Below are positions 9,617 through 17,906 of a stretch of DNA of 64,000 nucleotides, one piece after another (position 1 is the first letter of the stretch; the number at the start of each line of letters is the position of its first letter). Source of the DNA: Candidatus Saccharimonadales bacterium (GTDB lineage: Bacteria > Patescibacteriota > Saccharimonadia > Saccharimonadales > JAGPDM01); NCBI GenBank assembly GCA_044227985.1, contig JBGAVT010000002.1, forward strand, positions 19,452 to 83,451, read 5' to 3'. Position numbers and translations under genes: made by a program. The notes under the pieces were generated by a model, which searched no databases, had not been told where the DNA came from, and saw only the letters and a list, made by a program, of their open reading frames with translations.

Positions 9617-9644
9617 TTGACAGGTATATTACAACCTGTATAAT
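9617..9644 (+). promoter_or_regulatory. promoter with embedded inverted repeat (candidate PadR operator)
   Basis: TTGACA (9617-9622), 16-nt spacer, TATAAT (9639-9644). The inverted repeat ACAGGT (9620-9625) - 8 nt - ACCTGT (9634-9639) fills the spacer. Confidence 0.55.
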
Positions 9645-9654
9645 ACAACGTGTT

Positions 9655-10023
9655 ATGAATAAATACGAAGCAAAGCTTTTATCAAATTGGGAAGATGTCT
9701 TCCAGCAAGGACTTCTGACGTTTTGGGTTTTTGTAACGTTAAAAGGTAATGAACTCGATGTTCAAGCTATAAAAGAAGGAGTTGAACGACTAACAAAAGG
9801 TACGTATATAAGCTCAGAACAAGCGCTCTATAGGGTTTTGCGAAAACATTATGACCTGGAGCTGGTCGATTTCAGGAGCATAGCTGGAAACAATGGTCCG
9901 AAAAAAAAGCTATACAGGTTATCGGTGCTTGGTGAGCAGCTTTTAAGCGAGTTCGCGAGTAAAAATATCAGTTTGTTTGAACAGCAAGAAGTTCAACAAT
10001 TAATTAAAGGAGTTTCAAGATGA
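9655..10023 (+). CDS. PadR-family winged-helix transcriptional regulator
   Basis: The in-frame ATG at 9655 (MNKYEAKLL) is used. GLLTFWVFVTLKGNELDVQAIKEGVERLTKG...ALYRVLRKH...KKLYRLSVLGEQLL matches the PadR pattern. Confidence 0.6.
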   Translation: MNKYEAKLLSNWEDVFQQGLLTFWVFVTLKGNELDVQAIKEGVERLTKGTYISSEQALYRVLRKHYDLELVDFRSIAGNNGPKKKLYRLSVLGEQLLSEFASKNISLFEQQEVQQLIKGVSR

Positions 10024-10433
10024 AGTTATCAAGGAATATTAAAATCTATACTGTGATCAATTTAATATCGAGTCTGTTATTCTTCACATTTTTAGCGAGG
10101 GGGGTACTGACAACCAGGGTAGAAGGTGAAGCTAATACGTATGTTTCATCTTTGCCAGCTTTCTATGCTGTAATTTGGTTTTTTAGCGGACTAGTACTCG
10201 CGGGCACAGACAAGGCGCGAAACTCACGATATAATCTCGCGCTAGCTTATCATGTAGCTTCGAGCGCTATCATCGTAATCTCAATGATATACGCCCTTAT
10301 AATGTTCGAGGTCTTTCGAAATATCGAATTTGCTGTGATTCCTATATTTCTTATGGCTATCAGCTTCGGGATTCATTGGTTTGTAGTGAGAAATAACCCT
10401 AAGGGCATTGATAAAAAAGATGCATTTAAATAA
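10020..10433 (+). CDS. four-TM membrane protein co-transcribed with PadR
   Basis: Its start overlaps the padR stop (ATGA). There are four hydrophobic segments. No motif recognised. Confidence 0.5.
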   Translation: MKLSRNIKIYTVINLISSLLFFTFLARGVLTTRVEGEANTYVSSLPAFYAVIWFFSGLVLAGTDKARNSRYNLALAYHVASSAIIVISMIYALIMFEVFRNIEFAVIPIFLMAISFGIHWFVVRNNPKGIDKKDAFK

Positions 10434-10448
10434 TATGCAGGATTTAAA

Positions 10449-10604
10449 ATGAATTGCCCAACGTGCGGAAAACAAATGAAGCCAATTCGCAAGATTATTA
10501 CCAATAACCTCGAATCGCAAGAAAAACTTATTGAGTACAATAGTATTACATACAATTGCAAGCTCAACGACACCTGGGTGACGACCGAAATACCGGTGAA
10601 GTAA
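10449..10604 (+). CDS. possible small zinc-ribbon-like protein (51 aa)
   Basis: MNCPTCGKQMKPIRK...YNCKLNDTWVTTEIPVK. It has a CPxCG motif plus one further Cys. It is below the track cutoff and lies directly after the membrane protein gene. Confidence 0.35.
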   Translation: MNCPTCGKQMKPIRKIITNNLESQEKLIEYNSITYNCKLNDTWVTTEIPVK

Positions 10605-10732
10605 CCTACGGAAAATAATAACTAATTTTAGTGAAACAATATTAAGCTCTTATTAAAACGAGCTTTTATCAGATAGCCTATCATTACCAACTTTGACTCT
10701 AAATCAAACTAGATTACAATATATCGAAGTGT

Positions 10733-10808
10733 GCCGCGATAGCTCAGTTGGTAGAGCGCATCCATGGTAAGGATGAGGTCTGGGGTTCGAATCCCCATCG
10801 TGGCTCCA
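10733..10808 (+). tRNA. tRNA-Thr (anticodon GGU), CCA encoded
   Basis: Acceptor GCCGCGA/TCGTGGC. Anticodon stem CATCC/GGATG with loop ATGGTAA. T arm TGGGG-TTCGAAT-CCCCA. Promoter TTGACT (10693-10698), 16-nt spacer, TACAAT (10715-10720) upstream. Confidence 0.9.
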
Positions 10809-10849
10809 AAGAGAATATTCAATACAGAATAAAATACAAAGGCTATAGA

Positions 10850-11689
10850 ATGGGACTTAGGTTTGATAGTCGAATGCTTCGGAACGATCGAAAGATTAGA
10901 CTAAAGAAATTTGGTTTTGGCTCGTTACTATTTTTCTGGACAATAAGTGCTTTTCTCGTTGGTATTGGCTATCTAGTGCAAGACTCAAACTCAATCGACC
11001 CGGACTGGTATAGTGTTTCGGGCGTAGTGATTGATGCCAAGAGATCAAGCGGGGGCCGTTCCAGTAGTTCAGGAAGAACATATTCCGCTGTTGTCAGCTA
11101 CAAGGTTAATGGCAAGAATTTTGAGATTACTGCAAGTGATGGCTCTTCGAAGTTCCCTAAGAAGGGTGAAACTCGTCAAGTTACGTATAATCCCGACCAG
11201 CCGGTTGAGGCAAAAGTTGTTGCGAACAACAGTACAAAACTCTTTGGCACTATTACGCCAATAGTTGGTGTGGCCATCTTCATTGGTTCGATAATTGCTT
11301 TCATACGATCCATTAAACGTACAAAGATTTCAAAAGACCTAATGCAGCCAGAGAACAAAAGGATGGGTATATTGACGGATATCAGGAGAAAACCGACAAA
11401 TAATGAATATTATAATTTAATTGTTACAGCGACAGATCTTTCTGGAGAGGTACGAAACTATGTCAGTGATGACTTGGAGAGTGTTGCTGGATTGGCGATA
11501 GCTGATTTTGCAACAAGCACTATTCCTATCGATCTGTACGTAGATCCTGCAAACCCAGACAGGTACTTCGTCGACATAGACAGCGCACCTAAACTTACAC
11601 CAGAAAGAATTAAAGAACTACAGAAATCAGTTATCGAGCAAACAATGCCGAGCATTAGATCAGATGACGAAAAGCCGTCTCAGCTTTAA
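10850..11689 (+). CDS. DUF3592-like membrane protein
   Basis: The start is moved to ATG 10850 because the track's N-terminus translates the tRNA. TM helix, then the block YSVSGVVIDAKRS...YSAVVSYKVNGKNFEITAS...GETRQVTYNPDQPVEAKV, then a second TM helix. This layout is typical of DUF3592. Confidence 0.55.
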   Translation: MGLRFDSRMLRNDRKIRLKKFGFGSLLFFWTISAFLVGIGYLVQDSNSIDPDWYSVSGVVIDAKRSSGGRSSSSGRTYSAVVSYKVNGKNFEITASDGSSKFPKKGETRQVTYNPDQPVEAKVVANNSTKLFGTITPIVGVAIFIGSIIAFIRSIKRTKISKDLMQPENKRMGILTDIRRKPTNNEYYNLIVTATDLSGEVRNYVSDDLESVAGLAIADFATSTIPIDLYVDPANPDRYFVDIDSAPKLTPERIKELQKSVIEQTMPSIRSDDEKPSQL

Positions 11690-11754
11690 TGGCCATCCGT
11701 GTTTATTAAATTAATCTTGAATTATATCTTTCAGTCTGATAGAATATATCGAAT

Positions 11755-11943
11755 ATGGCTAAGAAAAGTAAAGTTAAATACGCAGGAATGGTTTGTCAAG
11801 AGTGTGGAACTCGTGGCTACGTAACTACTCGTAACCCACAGAATCAAAGCGATGCGCTTGTAATGAAGAAGTATTGTAAAGTAGATCGTGCTCACACTGA
11901 ACATAAAGAAACCAAGAAAAACCTCGGACGCAACGAAGCGTAG
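11755..11943 (+). CDS. rpmG: 50S ribosomal protein L33
   Basis: MAKKSKVKYAGMVCQECGTRGYVTTRNPQN...KKYCKVDRAHTEHKETK follows the L33 zinc-ribbon pattern. Confidence 0.85.
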   Translation: MAKKSKVKYAGMVCQECGTRGYVTTRNPQNQSDALVMKKYCKVDRAHTEHKETKKNLGRNEA

Positions 11944-11991
11944 TTATCAGTTTTTCTCTTTTTGTGATGAACTAGTTTATACTATATTGGT

Positions 11992-13668
11992 ATGACAAAA
12001 AATAGTTTAATCACAGCAATCCAAGCAATCGTTCTATCAGAATTCTCGCTAAGTGAGTCTGTTGAACTTACTCGACCTGATATCAAGTTTGGTGATTATG
12101 CTACTAATATACCCATGAAGCTCAGCAAACAATTAAAGATGCATCCGCGGGCAATAGCAGAAACAATATTAGAATCTTTATCTAGCAACGAATTGATTGA
12201 TTCAATTGATATCGCTGGTCCTGGATTTTTAAACTTAAAACTAAACAATAGAGCCCTATGGAGAGAGACCACTAGAAGTACTGAACTATTGTACCAAGAT
12301 GAAAACATAGTAACTGAGTATTCCGACCCGAATGTAATGAAAGACCTTCACGCAGGGCATCTGTACACAACAATTATTGGCGATGTTGTTTCGCGCCTTA
12401 TAGAAAAAGGTGGTGCTTCGGTTCATCGAACTAATTTTGGTGGGGATGTTGGGCTTCACGTTGCAAAAGCCATGTGGGGTATATTAAAAAATCTGGATGG
12501 TGAGAACCTAGAAGGTCTTAAAGATATTAGCACTGAAAATCGAACCATTTGGCTTAGCCAGTGCTACGTGTCTGGTGCGAAAGCATATGATGAAGACGAA
12601 GCCGCCAAAATTGAAATAACCAAACTCAATAAACGAGTGTATGAAATTCACAACAATAAAGATTCAAGTTCAGATTTTGCCAAGATTTATTGGGCAGCTC
12701 GCGAATGGAGCTATGACGGATTTAAGACGCTGTATGATCGTCTAGGAACCAATCAATTTGAAAAATATTACCCAGAAAGCGTAACAACTCCTCCCGGTCT
12801 GGCTGCCGTCAAAACTGGACTAGAGAAAGGAATTTTCGAAGAGTCAGATGGTGCAATTGTCTATAAAGGCGAAGACAAGGGTTTGCATACTCGAGTTTTC
12901 CTCAACAGCCAAGGTTTACCAACCTATGAGGCTAAAGACCTCGGTTTGACCTATTGCAAATGGGAAGACTATAGCTATGACCGAAACATCATTATTACTG
13001 GTAACGATATTACCGAATACATGAAAGTTGTTTTGGCGGCCTTGGCGGAATTACTACCAGAAACCGAAGGTAAAACCACGCATTTGACCCATGGCATGAT
13101 CAAGATGAAGGGCGGTGTAAAGATGTCATCTCGTAAAGGTAATGTTCTGCGAGGTTTTGATATGATCGATGCTGCAGAAAAAGCAGCGAGATTCAGTCGA
13201 GAAAATGAATCCCAGCCAGCATGGCTGGCGATTGGCGCTCTGAAATATTCTCTGCTAAAACAGCGAATTGGTGGCGATATCATCTATGATCCCGAAGATT
13301 CAGTATCTCTAGAAGGCAATAGTGGCCCATATCTGATGTATGCCCACGCCAGAGCCTCTAGCATCCTCCGAAAAGCGAAAGATGAGCCAGTAACCGAAAC
13401 TACCGATTTTGAGCCAGCAGAACGCACCATGGTTCAACAACTCAGCCGATATGCGGAAACAATCGAACACGCAATGCAGAGCTATGAGCCACATCATATT
13501 TGTACATATATCTATGAAACTTCACAAGCGTTTAACCGCTTCTATGAAAACAACAAAGTCATCGGCTCCGATCGACAAGCAATTCGGTTGATGATAGTAA
13601 GACGATATACAGAAATCATTGGTGAATCACTCGGTTTGCTCGGTATTCACGCTCCAGAATCAATGTAA
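11992..13668 (+). CDS. argS: arginyl-tRNA synthetase
   Basis: 558 aa. The N-terminal Arg-tRNA-binding domain (GPGFLNLKL), the HAGHL (HIGH) motif and a C-terminal anticodon-binding domain are present. Confidence 0.9.
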   Translation: MTKNSLITAIQAIVLSEFSLSESVELTRPDIKFGDYATNIPMKLSKQLKMHPRAIAETILESLSSNELIDSIDIAGPGFLNLKLNNRALWRETTRSTELLYQDENIVTEYSDPNVMKDLHAGHLYTTIIGDVVSRLIEKGGASVHRTNFGGDVGLHVAKAMWGILKNLDGENLEGLKDISTENRTIWLSQCYVSGAKAYDEDEAAKIEITKLNKRVYEIHNNKDSSSDFAKIYWAAREWSYDGFKTLYDRLGTNQFEKYYPESVTTPPGLAAVKTGLEKGIFEESDGAIVYKGEDKGLHTRVFLNSQGLPTYEAKDLGLTYCKWEDYSYDRNIIITGNDITEYMKVVLAALAELLPETEGKTTHLTHGMIKMKGGVKMSSRKGNVLRGFDMIDAAEKAARFSRENESQPAWLAIGALKYSLLKQRIGGDIIYDPEDSVSLEGNSGPYLMYAHARASSILRKAKDEPVTETTDFEPAERTMVQQLSRYAETIEHAMQSYEPHHICTYIYETSQAFNRFYENNKVIGSDRQAIRLMIVRRYTEIIGESLGLLGIHAPESM

Positions 13669-13719
13669 CAATTTGTGTCTTAAGAAAAACTGCAAAATAC
13701 TCTATACTGTTACGAGCGT

Positions 13720-13796
13720 AGGGGTGTAGCTCAGTTGGCTAGAGCGTCGGTCTCCAAAACCGAAGGCCTCGGGTTCGAGTCCCGCCACCCCTGCCA
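13720..13796 (+). tRNA. tRNA-Trp (anticodon CCA), CCA end encoded
   Basis: Acceptor AGGGGTG/CACCCCT. Anticodon stem TCGGT/ACCGA with loop CTCCAAA. T loop TTCGAGT. Confidence 0.88.
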
Positions 13797-13805
13797 ATTA
13801 AAAAC

Positions 13806-13828
13806 GCCACCACCACGGTGGCCTTTTT
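13806..13828 (+). terminator. rho-independent terminator after tRNA-Trp
   Basis: GCCACC-ACCAC-GGTGGC followed by CTTTTT. The stem sequence is the same as in the tRNA-Tyr terminator. Confidence 0.75.
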
Positions 13829-13951
13829 AATTGCCTGTGTCGTAGACAAGAATCCGTTTCTGGTTCATATAATTGTCAATTCTATATTTTGTACGATTTT
13901 TTGCGAAGTGACGGAATAGCGAAGATGTTAATTTATTTAAAATTCAAGCTA

Positions 13952-13980
13952 TTGACAAATACATAATATATTGTTATAAT
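13952..13980 (+). promoter_or_regulatory. consensus sigma70-like promoter, probably giving a leaderless mRNA
   Basis: TTGACA (13952-13957), 17-nt spacer, TATAAT (13975-13980). The ATG at 13989 is only 8 nt downstream and has no SD. Confidence 0.6.
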
Positions 13981-13988
13981 TGTCAATT

Positions 13989-14621
13989 ATGACTAAACAT
14001 AAACCAAGTAAAAATCAAGGTAGGAATAGAAATCGAAGAAACGATACGGGTAAACCGCCACAAATTCATTTTTCTGACCTAGAACGAACTCTCATATTGC
14101 ATCCAGAGGCTAGTGAAGGTGACGGACGTTTCTCATCCATATTACAAGAACCCACTAAACCAGAAATTGGTTCCGAGCAAGATATGATAACCAAAGAAGA
14201 TCGAAAAGCGCTAATCTCAGCAATTAAGGATACAAAGCCTTTGAAATTAGATGAGTCCAAAGAAGAAAATCTCGGCGGCCGTCTCACAAAAAGATTTAAA
14301 GGCAATAAATTTCTGCGCCGTATGCTTGCCTATAGAGATCAAACTATAAGCACGCCAGAACAGCGCACCGACGTACCTGTGCAAAGCCAAGGAATATCGA
14401 ATTTAGATCCGAAAGCATCTAGCCACTTAAACATGATGATTGCGCTACACTCTGTACCCTTGGTAATTAAGGCAAGTGGGCCTGCGCAATATGCTGCCCT
14501 CTTTGAAGTATTGGGCAGTGAGGTTGAAGAAAAAATAACCGAGATAGCAAAAGCTGATGAAGCGGATGCTCCCATGCCTGAAGCGATAAGGAGTGCAATA
14601 GAGGACTCAAGCGCTGTCTGA
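13989..14621 (+). CDS. hypothetical protein, largely low-complexity and charged
   Basis: ORF of about 210 aa with no recognisable motif. ATG 13989 is preferred over the TTG at 13980. Confidence 0.45.
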   Translation: MTKHKPSKNQGRNRNRRNDTGKPPQIHFSDLERTLILHPEASEGDGRFSSILQEPTKPEIGSEQDMITKEDRKALISAIKDTKPLKLDESKEENLGGRLTKRFKGNKFLRRMLAYRDQTISTPEQRTDVPVQSQGISNLDPKASSHLNMMIALHSVPLVIKASGPAQYAALFEVLGSEVEEKITEIAKADEADAPMPEAIRSAIEDSSAV

Positions 14622-14706
14622 ATATATTTACAAAGTTTCCAGCTGAATTATCTAAACTGGTTCTGATACTAAAGATTATCCGATACATATTATTTATAAT
14701 GTATTG

Positions 14707-15042
14707 TCATTTTGAGCTATATTTCCATGGTTTCACTAAGAATAAGAAACTAAAAATCGGAGTTGTCAAAAATATTATTATTGCATATATCGCCAGACCT
14801 ATTTTCGCAAAATCACCAGGCTTTTCGGCTAAACAAGAAGTATCATCATTATCGATAATAGCTTCCGAAACCCCTCCTTCGCAATAGGGAAGAAATTGTT
14901 TACCCTCAGGTGCTGGGAGTTGGTTACTTATTTCCTGCTGTTGTCTTTTCTGATCATTACTTATTGACCAGAATGCCAACCCATAAATGCAGAGTAGAAC
15001 TATTAAAACGTACAGTTGGATCTTAACAATTTTATTAACCAT
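14707..15042 (-). CDS. hypothetical two-TM membrane protein
   Basis: The ORF extends to 15099, but that part overlaps the csoR promoter and operator. The internal ATG at 15042 (MVNKIVKIQLYVLIVLL) is preferred. TATAAT lies 6 nt upstream on the minus strand. Confidence 0.4.
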   Translation of the reverse strand: MVNKIVKIQLYVLIVLLCIYGLAFWSISNDQKRQQQEISNQLPAPEGKQFLPYCEGGVSEAIIDNDDTSCLAEKPGDFAKIGLAIYAIIIFLTTPIFSFLFLVKPWKYSSK

Positions 15043-15071
15043 AAGATAATTATACTCTCGTTCTCTTAAAT

Positions 15072-15100
15072 TTGATGAATACCCTATGGGGGTATACAAT
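15072..15100 (+). promoter_or_regulatory. csoR-copA promoter with CsoR-type operator
   Basis: TTGATG (15072-15077), 17-nt spacer, TACAAT (15095-15100). The spacer carries the GC-tract pseudo-palindrome ATACCC-TATGG-GGGTAT (15079-15095). From memory, this resembles CsoR operators such as the B. subtilis copZA operator. Confidence 0.65.
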
Positions 15101-15122
15101 GAATTTACTAATCGGAGTAAAT

Positions 15123-15407
15123 ATGATTGCAGACATCAAAAAACGAGCACTACATAGATCCAAAATACTTGCGGGTCAGCTTCGCGGTATTGAAAAGATG
15201 ATAGAGAGCGAAGAATACTGCATGGATATCATTACTCAGAACTTAGCTATTCAACGCTCGATTGGTTCTCTCAATAAACTTATCCTCGAGAACCATTTGC
15301 GAACTCATGTTGAAGAGGGGATGAGAGATGGGGATGATGAGCAGCGGAAGCAATTGATCGAAGAGCTATTAGTCCTCTATGAATTAAACAATCTAAAAAC
15401 AAAATAA
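15123..15407 (+). CDS. csoR: CsoR/RcnR-family metal-sensing repressor
   Basis: 94 aa from the ATG at 15123, preceded by GGAG. LHRSKILAGQLRGIEKMIESEEYCMDIITQNLAIQRSIGSLNKLILENHLRTHV matches the family signature, including the Cys and His ligand positions. Confidence 0.8.
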   Translation: MIADIKKRALHRSKILAGQLRGIEKMIESEEYCMDIITQNLAIQRSIGSLNKLILENHLRTHVEEGMRDGDDEQRKQLIEELLVLYELNNLKTK

Positions 15408-15482
15408 GGAGCATGTATCAAACACGAAGCAAACAAATCACAAGTCAAACCTAATGAGAAACAGCCAAAATATGTTTGTCCT

Positions 15483-17534
15483 ATGCACCCAGAGCAAACT
15501 TCAGACAAGCCAGGTATGTGTCCTGAGTGTCATATGGCTCTTGAGAAACCTAAGAAAAAGCAAGAAGCCGAGCATGGTAATCACGACAGTCACAATCCAA
15601 ACATCTTTAAACAGAAATTCTGGGTTTCACTGGTATTGAGTCTACCCGTTCTATACTTCTCGAAAACTATTCAGGAACTAGTCGGCTTTGATCCTATCTC
15701 ATTTAGTTCCAGCCAATATATCCCAGCATTGCTCGGTGTAATACTGTTCGCATATGGAGGGATGGTATTTCTTCGTAGTGCACGCTACGAGATAGCAGCC
15801 AAGAAGCCAGGGATGATGACGTTGATTTCGTTGGCTATTTCAGTGGCTTTTATCTATAGCTTATTGATAACCCTTGGTATTTTTACCGGTATGGATTTCT
15901 GGTGGGAGCTGGTTAGTCTAATAACTATAATGCTACTCGGACACTGGCTAGAAATGGCTTCGGTTGAAAACGCTCAAGGAGCATTAAAAGAATTAGCTAA
16001 ACTTTTGCCGGATGAAGCAGAGCTTGTTACAAAGACCGGTACAGAAACCATAAGTCTGTGCCATATAAAAAGAAACGACAATGTTCTAGTTCGTCCGGGC
16101 GCTAAGATTCCAACTGATGGCGTTGTTGTTAAAGGCGAGTCAAACGTTAATGAAGCCCTACTCACCGGAGAATCAGCGCCAGTCAAAAAAGTAGCAGGCG
16201 ATATGGTGATAGCTGGAGCAATCAATAGAAGTGGCTCTCTGACTGTTAAGGTAATAAAAACAGGTGACGATACAACACTTTCTGGCATCATGAGATTGGT
16301 TAGTGAGGCACAAAAAAGCAAATCAAAAACCCAACTGCTTGCCGACAAAGCAGCTGGATATTTATTCTATTATTCTATTAGCGCGGCATTCATAACTACA
16401 ATCTGCTGGATGTTACTCGGCGCCAACACTGGTTTTATCATCGAACGCGTAGTAGCAGTTTTGATTATTGCCTGTCCTCATGCTTTAGGGCTGGCAATCC
16501 CGCTGGTCACAGCTATATCGACTACTAAGGCTGCAAAAGCTGGGTTACTCGTTCGTGAGCGTTCAGCACTCGAAAATGCGCGTAAGGTTGATGTTATTTT
16601 ATTTGATAAAACCGGAACACTTACGAGAGGAGAGCAAGGAGTAGTCACTATTATCGCCGACAATAAGTCAGAAGCTATAAGGATTGCGGCCAGCGTTGAA
16701 TCAGACTCCGAACATCCCATCGCTAAGGCAATTACCGATTATGCTAAATCCCAGGACTCAATAATAGATAATGTAAATAAATTCAATAGCATAGAGGGTC
16801 GCGGTGTAAGCGCAGTAATTGACGGGGTAACATATTTTGTTGGCGGTCCACAATTGCTGAAAGAAAAAAATATTCAACTTACTGCAAAATATAAAAAATC
16901 AGCAACAAAAGCTGCAAATAACGGTCATTCTGTTATTTATGTTTTGGAGCAAAAAAAGCTTCTTGGATGTTTCGTTATTGCTGATGTTCTACGAGATGAA
17001 TCTAAAGCTGCTGTTGCAAGTTTGCGTCGATCAGGGTTACGGGTAGCTATGGTTACCGGAGATTCTGAAGGGGTAGCAGTCGACATAGCAAAGAAGCTGC
17101 ATATTACAGACTATTTTGCCGAAGTTTTGCCGGAAAATAAAGTCGATGTGGTGCGAAGCCTGCAAGAACAGGGCTTAATGGTTGCCATGGTGGGTGATGG
17201 TGTAAATGATGCGCCGGCTTTAACTGCTGCTGATATTGGCATCGCAATTGGTGCAGGAACTGACGTAGCAATTGAGTCGGCTGGAATAGTATTGGCCAGT
17301 AACGATCCGACAGGTGTAGCCAGGATTATCACCTTGTCACAAAAAACATACAATAAAATGGTTCAAAACCTGTTTTGGGCAGCTGGCTACAATATCATTG
17401 CAGTCCCTTTGGCTGGCGGCGCGCTGGCATTTACAGGTTTCATATTATCTCCTGCGGTTGGCGCTGCGTTGATGTCTTTGTCGACTATCATTGTGGCCGT
17501 TAATGCACAGCTTCTGCGAGAAGTTGAGTTGTAG
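15483..17534 (+). CDS. copA: P1B-type heavy-metal (copper) translocating ATPase; true start probably upstream of 15483
   Basis: TGES, the CPH transmembrane motif (ACPHALGLAIP), DKTGTLT and GDGVNDAPAL are present. The N-terminal motif (YVC)PMHPE...PGMCPECHMAL starts upstream of the first ATG. Confidence 0.9.
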   Translation: MHPEQTSDKPGMCPECHMALEKPKKKQEAEHGNHDSHNPNIFKQKFWVSLVLSLPVLYFSKTIQELVGFDPISFSSSQYIPALLGVILFAYGGMVFLRSARYEIAAKKPGMMTLISLAISVAFIYSLLITLGIFTGMDFWWELVSLITIMLLGHWLEMASVENAQGALKELAKLLPDEAELVTKTGTETISLCHIKRNDNVLVRPGAKIPTDGVVVKGESNVNEALLTGESAPVKKVAGDMVIAGAINRSGSLTVKVIKTGDDTTLSGIMRLVSEAQKSKSKTQLLADKAAGYLFYYSISAAFITTICWMLLGANTGFIIERVVAVLIIACPHALGLAIPLVTAISTTKAAKAGLLVRERSALENARKVDVILFDKTGTLTRGEQGVVTIIADNKSEAIRIAASVESDSEHPIAKAITDYAKSQDSIIDNVNKFNSIEGRGVSAVIDGVTYFVGGPQLLKEKNIQLTAKYKKSATKAANNGHSVIYVLEQKKLLGCFVIADVLRDESKAAVASLRRSGLRVAMVTGDSEGVAVDIAKKLHITDYFAEVLPENKVDVVRSLQEQGLMVAMVGDGVNDAPALTAADIGIAIGAGTDVAIESAGIVLASNDPTGVARIITLSQKTYNKMVQNLFWAAGYNIIAVPLAGGALAFTGFILSPAVGAALMSLSTIIVAVNAQLLREVEL

Positions 17535-17589
17535 TAGTATTTAAAGCTGTAATTCAGTTTGTTTCACTACATGGTATGATTTATCTGGA

Positions 17590-17871
17590 ATGATAAAAAG
17601 TCGACTAGGCAAACGTATTGATACAATTGAGCAACGCAATATTTCGGTTGAAGCCGACAAAGCTTGGGAGACAAGCTGGACTCGGAAAGGTGCAATAGCA
17701 CTTCTTACATACTTTGTGGTGGTTATATACCTTCAGTTTGTAGTTCAAATTGAGCCTTGGTTTAATGCGCTCGTTCCTGTTGTCGGCTATCTATTATCAA
17801 CATTAACCATTAATTTTCTAAAAAAAATATGGATCGTCCGACATATTAATAAAAATAAGCTAAAACATTAG
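17590..17871 (+). CDS. small two-TM membrane protein
   Basis: 93 aa with two hydrophobic helices. Function unknown. Confidence 0.4.
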   Translation: MIKSRLGKRIDTIEQRNISVEADKAWETSWTRKGAIALLTYFVVVIYLQFVVQIEPWFNALVPVVGYLLSTLTINFLKKIWIVRHINKNKLKH

Positions 17872-17906
17872 CAGTCTATAAAGTGCTTGTGGCATACTAG
17901 AAGGTA

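Noticed and set aside
10748-10849. N-terminal 34 codons of the track ORF 10748-11689.
   Set aside because: These codons translate the body of tRNA-Thr(GGU). The gene is restarted at ATG 10850.
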